DNA of 63,762 bases, filler included, from Diploschistes diacapsis (taxonomy: Eukaryota), in assembly GCA_023645945.1 (NCBI GenBank). It is 22 parts of 22 records of this genome, joined end to end, with 100 filler letters (N's around TTAATTAATTAA, not from the genome) between each part and the next. Parts side by side here need not be neighbours in the genome. Positions count along the whole stretch, not along the records: positions 19,398 to 38,688 come from JALAIB010000377.1; positions 38,789 to 39,944 come from JALAIB010003771.1; positions 40,045 to 41,200 come from JALAIB010003772.1; positions 41,301 to 42,455 come from JALAIB010003773.1; positions 42,556 to 43,710 come from JALAIB010003774.1; positions 43,811 to 44,965 come from JALAIB010003775.1; positions 45,066 to 46,220 come from JALAIB010003776.1; positions 46,321 to 47,474 come from JALAIB010003777.1; 14 more parts are not named here. One strand, 5' to 3'. Positions 35,514-48,074 of the stretch are shown in pieces (the first letter of the stretch is position 1; each line of letters opens with the position of its first letter). The position numbers and the translations under genes are program-made. A model generated the notes under the pieces. The model saw nothing but the letters and a program-made list of their open reading frames with translations. It was not told the DNA's origin and made no database searches.

Positions 35514-37463
35514 CTAATTCTCATTTTCATCAAGGTCGTGCTTGGGCGCAGTCCATCCAGTACCTGCTTGCAAAATCACTGCAGCCATGCAAAAAATAGC
35601 ACCTGCTGTGAATAAGCTTGTCAAAGCTTGCACGTAACTTTCAATGGCGATCTCTTTGTCCACGCCCTCAAGAGCACCTACTATAGCCGGACTACCCAAG
35701 AGTTTCTCTAGCAAATTATTGTCCGGTGGGAGGCCGCAAGCTTCTCGAAGACCCACGAAAGACGCAGTCAAAGCTCGCGCGAAGATGCCCCCGCCAATAG
35801 CAGATCCAAAGCTGGCACCAAAACCACGAAAAGTGGTCATGAGCGAAGTCACGATGAAGTGTGCTGATGGAGTTGTGAGATGCAAAATGTGCACCAAACT
35901 ATAATTGAGCGAGGCACCCGTGCAAAGACCGTTTGCGAAGACCGCCATCATGAAGCCGGCTACTGGCGACGTCGGTGTTACTATCCGTGAGATCACGAAG
36001 ACAGTCACCGCGAATAATGTAACCACAACGATACAGGAACTTGGTTCTTTAGCATAATTCTACCGAACAATAAGTCGACTCACAAGTAGAAGCTACCAGA
36101 GCGGCGGATATGAAGCCAACCAACGATTAGTCCACCAATCGCAAAGCCAGCATTTGCCGGGATCAGACTAGTACCAGCCCACGACGGCCGCCATTGCCTC
36201 ACAGCGATGGCATAGAGTGGAGCGTAAAAAAGCACCATCCACCTAATCATCATGAGTACTGCGGTGGCCAGAGAACCCAGCAGTGCGCCTCGCGATTTTA
36301 GCACAGAGATGGGTATGATTGGATCGGTAGCAAAACGAGCTTCCACCAACAAGAATAGGAGGAGAGTCAAGCCCGAGATGATCAAAGGGGCAATGAGCAC
36401 CCTCGTTGAAGCAAGACTGACGAGGAACAACACAAGGCTCGTAGTCTACCACGTCAGCGGATCTCACGGCACTGGAAGACTTCTCGTACTAGTGTCGCCA
36501 CCCCAAGATAGTCTATACTGCCGAGCTGTTGCCACACTGTTCCCGTACGGGTCGAAGCCGTTCTAGGCATCGCAAAGAGCATTGCGACTCCGGCGAGAGC
36601 AGAAAACGGTGCTTGGGCTAGAAAGAACTCTCGCTACACAGTGGTAAGAGTATTTCAAGCATTGAGCGCAAAACATACCCATCCTGCTGTAGATACAGTA
36701 GCACCAGCTACTATCGCACCGAGAGAGACTCCGACTGTGAATCCGGTGTTGACAAGTCCGAGCAATATGCCCCTTCGTCTCTCGGAAGCATTGTCGATCA
36801 CAACGATCATCGAGCATGCCACAATTCCGGCTCCACCAAGCCCAGTAATTGCCCTGCCGGCAAGAAAACATGCAAAGGTTGGTGCAAGAGCAGATATTAT
36901 GGTGCCTATGGTAAAAACAAAGCTTGCAACGACTATGCATATTCTGGGCGAGAAGATCTTGCATAGGCGGCCAAGTATCGGGGAAGTGCTTGACATGGCA
37001 ATCTAACGCTGTCAGAGGACGCGTAGCGTGTGCTCTATTGCCCAACATACGACATAGGAAGAGGTGAGCCAGCTGGACTTTGACAATGCATCAAGCTCGG
37101 TGGCTACGGTGGATTGGATCGTCGTCAGGGCCGAGATATTGGCTCCTGGTAATCTTCAATGAGTATACGAGGAAGCGGTGTCGGTCCCAGTACCTTGCAA
37201 AAAAAGCAATACTCCAATGCAGACGGCCATGAACAGATTTCGGAGGATGCCACGCTCAGCACCCTGAGATCCATCTTGCGCCGGATCCGCATCTTCAGTA
37301 GCAGCTGGAGGCTGCAGCAAAGGGGTCTTGGCCGTAAGCAAATATCAAGGCCGAACAATCCTAAAGAGCTTACTGTTTCCGAGACATTCTGCACTATATT
37401 CTCTGCATTTTGTGCTTTGGCTCCCTCGTGATGCGCCTTGGAAGCTCCGGAAGCCAGGGCCAT
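35514..37463 (-). CDS. MFS transporter, DHA2/vacuolar basic amino acid (Vba-like)
   Basis: ET/TPLL sorting signal across intron 1, WLTSSY, GRAITGLGGAG, ATDPIIP, FRGFGASFGSAIGG; six putative introns give a continuous frame. Confidence 0.85.
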
Positions 37464-38159
37464 GCTGCTATAGTATCCTAGCCGCCTTGGCTAATCGATA
37501 TCGCTCACGAGATATGATGCTGCATGAACTTAAGGTTGTAGGCATTGCCCCGGCTGTTTGAAGAACCTTCTCATGGTGAAAATAGTGCTGAGGATGTAAT
37601 GCTGCAAAGAATGATCCGTAAGCAGTTGTCAAGGAATGCTGACATGACGTCGGAAATAAATATGTACTCAATTGCTAGCGCACTATAAGACTTATTATAA
37701 GTCGCGAGCCACTTCGCTGGTGAAATGCTAGCCTTACACTAACGATTGAAATAGTTTACCTGCTTTAGCTCCTGTTAGCCCAGCCGAATAGAAACCTTTA
37801 TTATAAATGACATATTTAGGGTGTTTCTGGCCAGGAAAAACCGTAAACAACAAATTAACTCCGAAAGCTACCGAATACATTACGTTTCCCCAAATCTTTC
37901 ATGACAATGAGAATCATTATCGTATATAAACATTTAAGCGGATTTGGGCGGATTTAAGCCGTATTCAATCCAAATTTAACTTTTGATTTCAGTATATGGG
38001 AAATAAATACGTTTATTCCTAAGCGAAGCGCAGGACTATATTGGCATATTAGTGTGTTTATGGGCGCAGAAAAAACCGTAGATAAGAAATTAACTCCGAA
38101 AAGTCGTGTCAAGGGTTGGATTGGCTGACTGAACTGAACTATTACGTGGCATCTTTTTT

Positions 38160-38530
38160 TGCATCTACTGCTTTACCTACTGCTTTCACTTTCGCACCTA
38201 TTGCTTTCGAATCTACTGCTTTCGAATCTACTGCTTTTGAACCTATTGCTTTTAAACCTATTACTTTCGAATCTACTGCTTTTAAATTTATTACTTTTAA
38301 ATCTATTACTTTTAATTCTATTACTTTTGTCTCTATTATATTTAAATCTATTATTTTTAAATCTATTATTTTTAAATCTATTATTTTTAAATCTATTACT
38401 TTTAAATCTATTACTTTCATATTTATTGTTTTCCTGTCTACTGCTTTCGCATTTATTGCTTTTAAATTTATTATTTTCGTATTTATTATTTCGTATTTAG
38501 TGTTTCCGTATTTATTACTTTTGAATCTAC
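38160..38530. repeat. 15-bp minisatellite (TTTCGAATCTACTGC-like, about 24 units), RIP-eroded
   Basis: Units differ mainly by C>T and G>A changes, e.g. TTTTAAATCTATTAT in the centre. Confidence 0.9.
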
Positions 38531-38536
38531 TGTTTT

Positions 38537-38688
38537 TGTTAAACAGACAGGCAGAAGGCATGGCTGGGAGTACGACTGAGTTCCAGAAGGAGGTTCAGTT
38601 CAGCTGAACCCCGAGGTTCAGTTCAGCTAAATTTTCTAGAATCCTAACTAGACCGGTTTAGAAATAGTGTAAATAATAAAACTTAGCG
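38537..38688 (+). mobile_element. LTR family A (Copia-associated), truncated by contig end
   Basis: TGTTAAACAGACAGGCAGAAGGCATG...GTTCAGCTGAAC shared with 44400-44614, 51691-51930, 59269-59477. Confidence 0.8.
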
Positions 38689-38788
38689 NNNNNNNNNNNN
38701 NNNNNNNNNNNNNNNNNNNNNNNNNNNNNNNNTTAATTAATTAANNNNNNNNNNNNNNNNNNNNNNNNNNNNNNNNNNNNNNNNNNNN

Positions 38789-39060
38789 AATACCGATCCT
38801 TATATCTTTATTTTATAAGGTCGAAACCTATTAATTAGTCTATACGTCGACGATACTATCGTAATAATACCTAAACTACGAAACGTGAACTAATTTAAAA
38901 AAACGCTCGTTAAACGTTACAAGATTAAAAATCTAAAAAAGATTAAAAAGATTCTAAAAATGAAAATTTAACGATAACGTTAGAGAATAATTTAGTTAAA
39001 TTTTAATCAAGAAGTTTACGTTAATAAGATGCTCGATGAATTCTTATCTTTTTTAACCAT
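38789..39060 (+). mobile_element. RIP-degraded Ty1/Copia reverse transcriptase fragment
   Basis: LISLYVDDTIV...FKKTLVKRYKIKNL...ILKMKI*R matches Copia LYVDD...MKDLG...ILGMEI. Confidence 0.8.
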
Positions 39061-39944
39061 TTAATATCGTAGTAGATACTCCTCTTCGATTGAAGCTCTA
39101 TTGATCGAACATTTAGGAGTTACGAGATCGATTATATAATCGCCCTTAAGGCAACAACGGAAAGATGGCAATAACGTAACGAGGAGGAGGAGAATCGCGT
39201 CGTGACGCGTCTTATCCCTAGCAGAACCGCGCATGCGGGCCGGCGAAGAACTCGAACGCGAAAGATAGATTAAAAAACGCAATACAAATAATCGGGGCAT
39301 ACGTGAAAGTAAAATAGAACGAAAGATTAATATAATTTTAAATTATAATAACGGAAGTAATACGCTGAAACGACGCCGGCGCGCCGGAACCTAATCGTAA
39401 AGAAAACGCGTTAAAATTAAAAAAAAAACTGAACACGATTAAAGAAGATATAAAAGCGATATAAGGAATTATAGAAAAATAGAGAAGTAATCGTAATAAC
39501 ATCGGGAACAAGAGCTGGGTTTAAGTGGTGGATTTTACCCCTGGGAGAGAGAACAGGGTAATGGAAGTATTAAAAAGAACGATTAGGGAAGTTATAATTC
39601 GGTTAGGAGATAAGATACAGGCGAGAAAGCAACGGAATAGGTCCGAGTTAGTAACGGACGCGAAAAAAGTTAGAATAAAGAATATTATTGTAGCCTAACG
39701 GTTCCTTAGCGGGGACGTAAGATTCGTAATAAATTAAGAAAAAGTAAGAAACGAAATCGAGAAAATAAAAGAATAAATAACGGTGCTCGGACGAAGGGCG
39801 AAGATAATACGGAAAGAATTTATAATAATAACGTATAGGATACGAATGAACTCCGTGAATATTACGGAATAAGACGTAGCGGTATACGTTATTAATAAAA
39901 TAAACCCGAATTTAGGGAATATAATACGCCGAATAATATAAAAA
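39061..39944 (+). mobile_element. RIP-degraded LINE (Tad-like) 5' region and ORF1 fragment
   Basis: REVIIRLGD...IIVA*RFLSGDVRF resembles the RLPSGD motif of fungal LINE ORF1. Confidence 0.5.
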
Positions 39945-40526
39945 NNNNNNNNNNNNNNNNNNNNNNNNNNNNNNNNNNNNNNNNNNNNTTAATTAATTAA
40001 NNNNNNNNNNNNNNNNNNNNNNNNNNNNNNNNNNNNNNNNNNNNTTATATATCGTAAATAACTTACGAGTAAACGTGCTTATCGATATCGATATATTATA
40101 TTCAAAATAGTTTATCATCGATTTTTAAAAACAAATTACTATTATCGGGAATTACGTCGGCTTAAAGATTCCGATCTTAATTATAACGTAAAAAAAAATC
40201 ACGATTATAATATTTTTTTAAAATACATTTATAATATTTTCGAGATCGATTATCTTAATATTTATTATCGATTCGAAAGAAGTATCTTTAAAATTATTAA
40301 AAGATCGAGATTTCTTTTTTCAATTTAAACGTTAATAAAAGTTATTCGTCTACGCGTATGTCGTCGATAACGATATTAACGTCGTGTTTATACGGAACGA
40401 TTCGAATTTAAATCAAATATTTCTAAATAAATCTTATTTAAGAATCATAATCGATTACGATAAAAATACGGCCTATACCGTGAATAATTATTTCGAAAAC
40501 TTAACACGATGTTTCGTAATATAAAT

Positions 40527-41150
40527 TAGGCTGGCCGTTGCGTGCCACGGTCACTAACACGGACACTACCGCGAAAATTTTCTCGACACGGACACTTCCA
40601 CGGATACTACATTGTAATAAAAGCACGGACACGGATACTACGGCTAAAAATTTTAAAACACGGATACTTCCACGGACACTACACTACAGTAAAAGCACGA
40701 ACACGGACACTACGGCTAAAAATTTTAAAACACGGACACTAACACGAACACGACCGTGTCAATAAATCCACTAACACTGTAATAAATCTATCGAAACACT
40801 TTTTTTTTAAAAAATAAAAGCGTGAAAAATAGACGTAATAATTCCAAAATTATTAAAAATAAAAAAAGTGTTTCGGTGAATTCACGGACACGACAGTAAA
40901 TCTACTAACACGAATATTACGATTAAAAATTTTAAAACACGGACACTTTCACGAACACTACACTATAATAAAAACACGAACACGAACATTACGATTAAAA
41001 ATTTTAAAATACGAACACTTCCACGGACACTACATTATAATAAAAGCACGGACACGGACATTACGATTAAAAATTTCAAAACACGGACACTCCCACGGCC
41101 GTGTCCGTGCCACGGACACGGCCGTGTCAGTGTCCGTGACGGCCAGCCTA
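40527..41150. mobile_element. Complete 624-bp non-autonomous hAT-like element
   Basis: 12-bp TIR TAGGCTGGCCGT; 8-bp flanks ATATAAAT/ATATAACT; interior of ACACGGACAC repeats; partial copies 42556-42850, 43571-43710, 43811-44071, 63377-63762. Confidence 0.8.
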
Positions 41151-41300
41151 ATATAACTCATACCTAAATTTAATAATAACAAGTCAATTAAGCTTAAGAC
41201 NNNNNNNNNNNNNNNNNNNNNNNNNNNNNNNNNNNNNNNNNNNNTTAATTAATTAANNNNNNNNNNNNNNNNNNNNNNNNNNNNNNNNNNNNNNNNNNNN

Positions 41301-41586
41301 AAATAATAATTAAGGATGTTTATAAAAATGAACACGTTCTTTTCCACGAAAATAGAATCGTGTTTATATATAATTAGCTCGTTCGCCGTTTATTGTAAGT
41401 TTAATAAATAATGGTTTCGAAGCTTGCCGTTTATAAAAATAAACGCGACTATCGAGCGGTAGCGAAAGCTTGTTTACCGCTTACGAGAATGAACGCGACC
41501 AGTGAGCGCACCACGTGACCCCCGGTCCCGTGACTGATCTATATACAAAGCTGGGACGTGTCAAGTCTGGTACTTGGATCGTAACA
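41301..41586. mobile_element. LTR family E (terminus TGTTACGATCC/GGATCGTAACA)
   Basis: Related copies at 42041-42330, 48075-48360, 57603-57936, 60107-60998 (split by an insertion), 63242-63376; shared CACGTGAC and TATATA motifs. Confidence 0.7.
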
Positions 41587-43145
41587 ATAGCCCCCTACAA
41601 AACATTTCTGATATAAAATGCTTCAAAAAAGTTACGTGATAATCAAGAAATATTAAATCGAAACCCGAGTTCGCATTGATTCGATGGACGTGGAAAAATC
41701 CAAAATATGATTTACTTACAATGTCTTTAATACCATTAATACTTGGTGGCCTTCAGTAGACAAAATAGCAAAGAAAATCTTCGCCCATATTAAAAAGTTT
41801 CCAAGTTCTATAATCATTTAAATCGGCTGTTTTTTTACAGACGCGTAATAAATAGGTTTTTTTTTTTTAGATAAACAGAAAACCGATATCGCCCTGACCC
41901 CAAGGGGCTTAGTGCTGAGGCTAAATAAATCCGAAGAGGCTTAGTCGTGCAACTAGCGCGCCAGGGTCGTACTGAAGCAAATCCTGTAAATGCCCTTTTT
42001 ACCCGTATGGGTTTATTAACGGGATAATATCGTAACACGGTGTTACGATCCAAGATACTAATCGGTAGTACTTAGCACGCAACAGCTAATCGGGTACTTC
42101 CTAACCATTCCTTATATATAGTCCAATTAGGGTGACACGGGTCATGTGATGAGTAAAAGGTCTGAAAGACCGTTCTACCCGGTTATAAGTAGAAGAAAAG
42201 AACGATAATTCTATTCGTTTATTTATTTATTTTATTAAGGAAGTTGTTAATTATATAAGAACGTCGTTATAGTTTTTATATATTTAAGACGTGTTTATTT
42301 TTATAAATATTCTTAATTATTATTCGGGATTAATTTATATTCGTTATTTCTATCATTAAAAAGCCTTCTTTTTAGAGATAGTTTAAGATCTGTAATTATT
42401 TTTTTTTGTTATATTTCTTTTCTAATAAAGATTAAACCCACTTTAATCTTACTCGNNNNNNNNNNNNNNNNNNNNNNNNNNNNNNNNNNNNNNNNNNNNT
42501 TAATTAATTAANNNNNNNNNNNNNNNNNNNNNNNNNNNNNNNNNNNNNNNNNNNNAAATAGACGTAATAATTCTAGAATTAATAAAATTAAAAATATTTA
42601 AAAGTATTTTAATAAATGCACGAATAAGGATATCGTAATAAAAATTATTTCGGCACGGATAGTAACAGGAATATTATATTATAATAAAAGCACGGATACG
42701 GATACTGTAATTAAAATTTTTAAAATATTAATATTAATACGGACACTGCATTTCCGTGAATCCACGGACACGGACACCGCAGCTAAAAAATCTAAAACAC
42801 TGACACTGACACTATCAGTGTCCGTGTCAGTGTCAGTGACGGCCAGCCTAGTTTAAGCGTTTTGATTCGTAATAGCTCGATTTCGAATTATTAAAAATGA
42901 TTTAATTTATTTCGAACGTGCCATACGCGATTTATTTAATTAAATAATATAATCCGTTTTTTGGGTTAACGCGCTTTTTAACGACGAAAATACTACGATA
43001 TCGAATAACTAAAAAAGATAAAAATTATATGGTAATAATATCATTATATCGATTCGATTAGATATATAAAAACGAATAATATTGGCGGTAATATAATTAT
43101 TATATTCGTTTATAATTAATAAACGACGCGTTTAGGGTCGATTCG

Positions 43146-43470
43146 TGAGACAGCCCAGCCCAGGGGCCTGCCAAGCTGGGCCTGCCAAGACACGGCAGGG
43201 TCAATGCCCAGGTGCTTGCCAAGACACGACAGGGTCAATGCCAAGGTGCTTGCTAAGACACGGCAGGGTTAGGGGGTGGCTGTGTAGACGGGTAGTCCTC
43301 GAACCCCGATAGGTCTGGTATTTAACGGTGCCTTCTTTTTATTTAAATAGGATTTTCTTTAGCTTTTCCAATCGAAACCTTTTATTTATAAATGCTTAGT
43401 TACACGTAATTCTTCCGGATCAGGCCCCGCTTCCGGTAGTATAATATCCTATTCCTGCGCTGGCGTTTCA
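43146..43470. mobile_element. Solo LTR family D
   Basis: TGAGAC...GTTTCA ends; colinear with 45673-46006. Confidence 0.75.
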
Positions 43471-44399
43471 TATTCGAAAAGCTTACTTTACCTTCGCATT
43501 CGTGACGAGAGTTTAGAACGTTAATCGTATTAAATATTCGAGTAAGTCCACGATAACCGGAACTCGAAAGTAGGCTGGCCGTCACTGACACTGATACGGC
43601 CGTGTCAGTGACAAGGACACTAACAGTATCAGTGTCCGTGTTTTAGATTTTTTAGCTGCGGTGTCCGTGTCCGTGGATTCATGGAAATGCAGTGTCCGTA
43701 TTAATATTAANNNNNNNNNNNNNNNNNNNNNNNNNNNNNNNNNNNNNNNNNNNNTTAATTAATTAANNNNNNNNNNNNNNNNNNNNNNNNNNNNNNNNNN
43801 NNNNNNNNNNTAATATTTCGATAAATTTATTATAATATAATATCCGTAATAATATCGTGTTTTAAAATTTTTGACGGTAGTGTCCGTGGAAGTGTCCGTG
43901 TTTTAAATTTTTTAATCGTAATGTCCGTGTCCGTGCTTTAACTATAATGTAGTGTCCGTGGAAATGTCCGTGTTTTAAAATTTTAACGGTAGTGTCCGTG
44001 TTAGTGTCGTGTTTTAAAAATTTTCTCGGTAGTGTCCGTGGAAGTGTCCGTGGCACGAAACGGCCAGCCTAGTCCTAATATTATTAGATTATTAATCCAA
44101 TATTTAGATTAATGATCTAATGATCTAGACCATCTGCAATCCCACCTAATAGTCCATAACTACTAATAGGATGTTTGACTATAGTTAATAGGATGTTCAA
44201 CAGTTGTTAATGGCGTGTCCTGAAGGGTTAAAGAACCTTCAGGGTCCTACTAGTGTTAACTAGTCAGATAGACTAACCCATTTGGGTTAATAATCTGACA
44301 ATCTACGTTATAGATTTAGAGGCGTAGACTCGTCATTGTAAATAAAACGATTATAATTTATTTTACATAACGATTTCCGTAGGGTCGTCCGATCGGTAA

Positions 44400-44965
44400 T
44401 GTTTGGCAACGAAATGGATGTATTGAAGTCTAGAAGTCTATCTAGGAGGTTATCCTACTTTACAGACTTTTATCCTTATGGGATACGCTAAGTCCTACTA
44501 CCTACACTATTCCTAAACCGGTCTAGTTAAGATTCCAGAAGGTTCAGCTGAACTGAATCTCCTTCTAAAACTTAGTTAGACTCTTAACCATACCTTCTAT
44601 CTACCTGCTCAACACTTTCCTATAGACGGAATCGTCAGGCATAACTATATAATACAATTAAATATCTTTTAAACTAAACTAAGTCCCTTAATAAAGACGT
44701 CGTGCTTCGAATAATTTAGTGGCTTCGTAAACCCATTAATAACCATTTTATCGATAAAAACATAAGATACCTTAATACGTCCTTATTTAACCAGATCTCG
44801 TACGTGATAATAAGTAATATCGATATGCTTTAAACGATCGTTAATCCTTACGTGCTTTATTAAATCTAAAGAACCAATATTATCACCGAATAAATGAATA
44901 ATATATAAAAATGATCTTATAAAATCAAAATAACCAATATTTCTCAAAAACTATAAACACTATAA
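44400..44965 (-). mobile_element. Copia 3' end: RNase H relic, PPT and family A LTR (44400-44614)
   Basis: Minus strand KHIDITYYHVRDLVK*GRI...MVINGFTKPL followed by TG...CA LTR. Confidence 0.85.
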
Positions 44966-45672
44966 NNNNNNNNNNNNNNNNNNNNNNNNNNNNNNNNNNN
45001 NNNNNNNNNTTAATTAATTAANNNNNNNNNNNNNNNNNNNNNNNNNNNNNNNNNNNNNNNNNNNNATAAATATACCGGGCCCTATTATTTAAATAATTGA
45101 TATTTCTTTTTATAATTTTTCGAGGCCGTTCCGGCTCTTTTCCGAATCTTTTTTCTTTTATTTCCATTCGTTTCTTATCCGGCATTAACCCGCGTAATAG
45201 CCGCCGAGCTGAATTTTCTTAATCTTATAAATTCCGTATACTCTTTTTTTTAAAATTATTTCGCTGTCGAAGTCCGGTTTAAACCGGAAATACTTATTTT
45301 AAACATTAATCGACGATATTAATTAAAAACATTCTTTTAATAAAATAAATTTATTAGGGCTTTATATCGAATTAATAAAACGTAAAATACGATTAAAGAT
45401 CGAAATAAAGCCGAGAAACGACGAGAAAAAATTATTAATATAAATCTCGATTAAAGTTCTAGAATTAATAAAAATAATATTATGAACCGACGACGGGGCA
45501 GGCACGGGTTTTTTATAGGTTACAAAAAGAGAACGACCGGACATAGAAGATAAAACTAAATTAATATAAAAAAGTTCCGATTTAGAGTCAACACGAGAAA
45601 ATATAAACGAACCGACGGTAAATTTATAAGATATAAGAACCGGCGTTAAAACGAATAAGTTCCGACAACCCG

Positions 45673-46006
45673 TGAGACAGCCCAGCCCAGGGGCCTGCCA
45701 AGCTGGGCTTACCAAGCCACGGCAGGGTTAGTGCCCAGGAGCTTGCCAAGCCACGGCAGGGTTAATGCCCAGGTGCTTGCCAAGACACGGCAGGGTCAGG
45801 GGGTGGCTGTGTAGACGGGTAGTCCCCGAACCCCGGTAGGTCTGGCACCCACACTACTTAACGGTACCCTCCTCCCACCTAGATAGTTTCTTCTTCAGCT
45901 TTTCGAATCGAGACCTTTTATCTGCAGATGCCCAAGCTACACCTAATCCTTCCGGATCAGGCCCAGCCCCCGGTAGAGTAGCATCCTTTCCTGCGCTGGC
46001 GTTTCA
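45673..46006. mobile_element. Solo LTR family D with 5-bp TSD ACCCG
   Basis: TG...CA ends, perfect ACCCG flanks, internal 34-bp tandem repeat. Confidence 0.88.
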
Positions 46007-46320
46007 ACCCGAAATAATTCTAAATAAATTCAAATCGTTTAATCTATTAATTATCCGTCGTAAATTAATAACTTAATCGATTAAAACGTCGTTCGCGACC
46101 CGCGCTTCATATAATCGTAAATATTCGTAATTTAAAATAATTTTCGGCCTAACTTACTATATTAACGTTATAAACGTTTAAATATTTAGCCAATATACAC
46201 GTCTTTAGACCTATTAACCTNNNNNNNNNNNNNNNNNNNNNNNNNNNNNNNNNNNNNNNNNNNNTTAATTAATTAANNNNNNNNNNNNNNNNNNNNNNNN
46301 NNNNNNNNNNNNNNNNNNNN

Positions 46321-47050
46321 GGCCTATAATCTTCCTATAAATAGCTTAATTAAGCATGATCATCGCGTAATCATAAATATATTAAATAAATTAACTAATA
46401 ACGGAAAAGGAAACTGGGTATTAGCTTTACCTTCAATACTCTAAACAGAACGAATCTCGATCAATACTACTACGAAAAAAACCTTATTCTTATTGTTATA
46501 TAGAGCAGAATATGTCTTATCAATCGAAACGGAAGTTACTACGTGGACGATACTACTATAAAACGATATTTATAACCGTGTCGATCTTTTAATAGCAAGA
46601 ATGAGATAACTGGAGAACCGGAATGAAGAAATAAGAAAGATTTCTATTAAATTAGAACGTCGGAAAGGTCAAATAATTAATTCCCGTCATAAAAGTACTC
46701 ATACAAAAACCCACCTCTTTAACCTTAGAAATCAGGTATTATTCTATAATAATAAATACCAGAAGGATTATTCCGTATCTCGAAAGTTGAACTTTTAGTA
46801 ACTCGGTCCCTACAAGATAACCTATACAGACCATCAGAAATCGATATACAAGCTTGCTGAGCTTGATGATACAGACCTCAGTGGAACTTTGCAGCCTGAA
46901 CCTGGACCAGAGTTGGAAGAGGATAGTGAAACCGCTGACCAAAGGATGGACGAAGATGTGGAGGAAGATCGTGGATCTAAGGAATCCTTACCTAGCATGT
47001 TGGAAGGGTACATTCCGGAAGGAAAGAAGTTCGCGGTAGTGGTATAGGAG
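46321..47050 (+). mobile_element. RIP-degraded Gypsy integrase C-terminal region
   Basis: NWVLALPSIL*TER...LLYRAEYVLSIE and GPYKI motifs. Confidence 0.65.
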
Positions 47051-47839
47051 ATAAATCCTCCTATTAATAGGGGAGGGAAAGGTCTAATCCAGTTAAACTC
47101 TTGATAAACCCCTCTAAAAACTTCAGTTAAATTCTTAATAAACCCCTCTAAAAACTTCAAAAAAATAATTTCCTTTACGAATTTTTCATTTTACTTTAAA
47201 ATTCTGCTTGATGCGAATAATAAGAATCTTCATTTTGATTTAAAGTTTTTTTATCTTGTTTTAAAATTTCATTTAGTTCTAACATATTAATGACCTTTAG
47301 TCGCGTACATTGATCGAGCTTTAACTTATATTAATCACGTTTAGAAAAAATACAATATATCTAAATCCATTATTCTTAAAAATCGTAAAAGATTTACGTA
47401 TTAAGGACTACCGATTAACCCACGATATTTAAACATATCAATTAAAACAGCAATAAAGATAATACCGAAAAACANNNNNNNNNNNNNNNNNNNNNNNNNN
47501 NNNNNNNNNNNNNNNNNNTTAATTAATTAANNNNNNNNNNNNNNNNNNNNNNNNNNNNNNNNNNNNNNNNNNNNGGATATTTTTGAATAGTTATCGTTTT
47601 TCTGTCTTATCGTGTTCGAGAAAATAAAATATAGGGAAATAAATTTAGAAATATTATTACGTTTAAAAATATAATTACGTCGAAGAGGGAACATTGAAGA
47701 TAATAAGCCTCTAAATATTTCGGTTATTTAGAAAATATAAGATTATATTAAGATATAAATAATAAAATAAAGATTTTTTATTAATAAGATCTATATAAAG
47801 TTCGTTATGGGGCAGCGAATTATCGAGGAAAGGGTCGTA

Positions 47840-48074
47840 TATAAATATAAAAGTAAGCCGCAGACTTGGTAGGGATGGTCCCTATAGGGCAATTCCATTT
47901 AAGGAGGCTTGCTAGGTAGCTCTAGACAATCAATGCATCCTACACCTTACAAATGTCTTACCTAGGTATGCTGCTGACTACGAAATCACACTACATTCCC
48001 TTACTACACCACCTACGACTATCTACCTACTACAGCAAGGGAAGTCTCCCTAGACAGCGCGCCTAGTGTTTATA
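47840..48074 (+). mobile_element. LTR family G (3' LTR after purine tract)
   Basis: GAGGAAAGGG tract upstream; copies at 52135-52369 (reverse, same tract) and 57100-57334. Confidence 0.75.

Noticed and set aside
38116..38607. ORFs of 113-163 aa in three frames
   Set aside because: Produced by 15-bp periodicity; not called as genes
1..38688. Secondary-metabolite cluster or Starship element
   Set aside because: No PKS, NRPS or terpene synthase and no tyrosine-recombinase captain; housekeeping genes are interspersed
40527..44071. CRISPR-like appearance of ACACGGACAC repeats
   Set aside because: No unique spacers or cas genes, eukaryotic context, bounded by TIRs
43571..44071. One hAT element spanning the gap
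   Set aside because: Different contigs, and flanks CTCGAAAG and GTCCTAAT do not match
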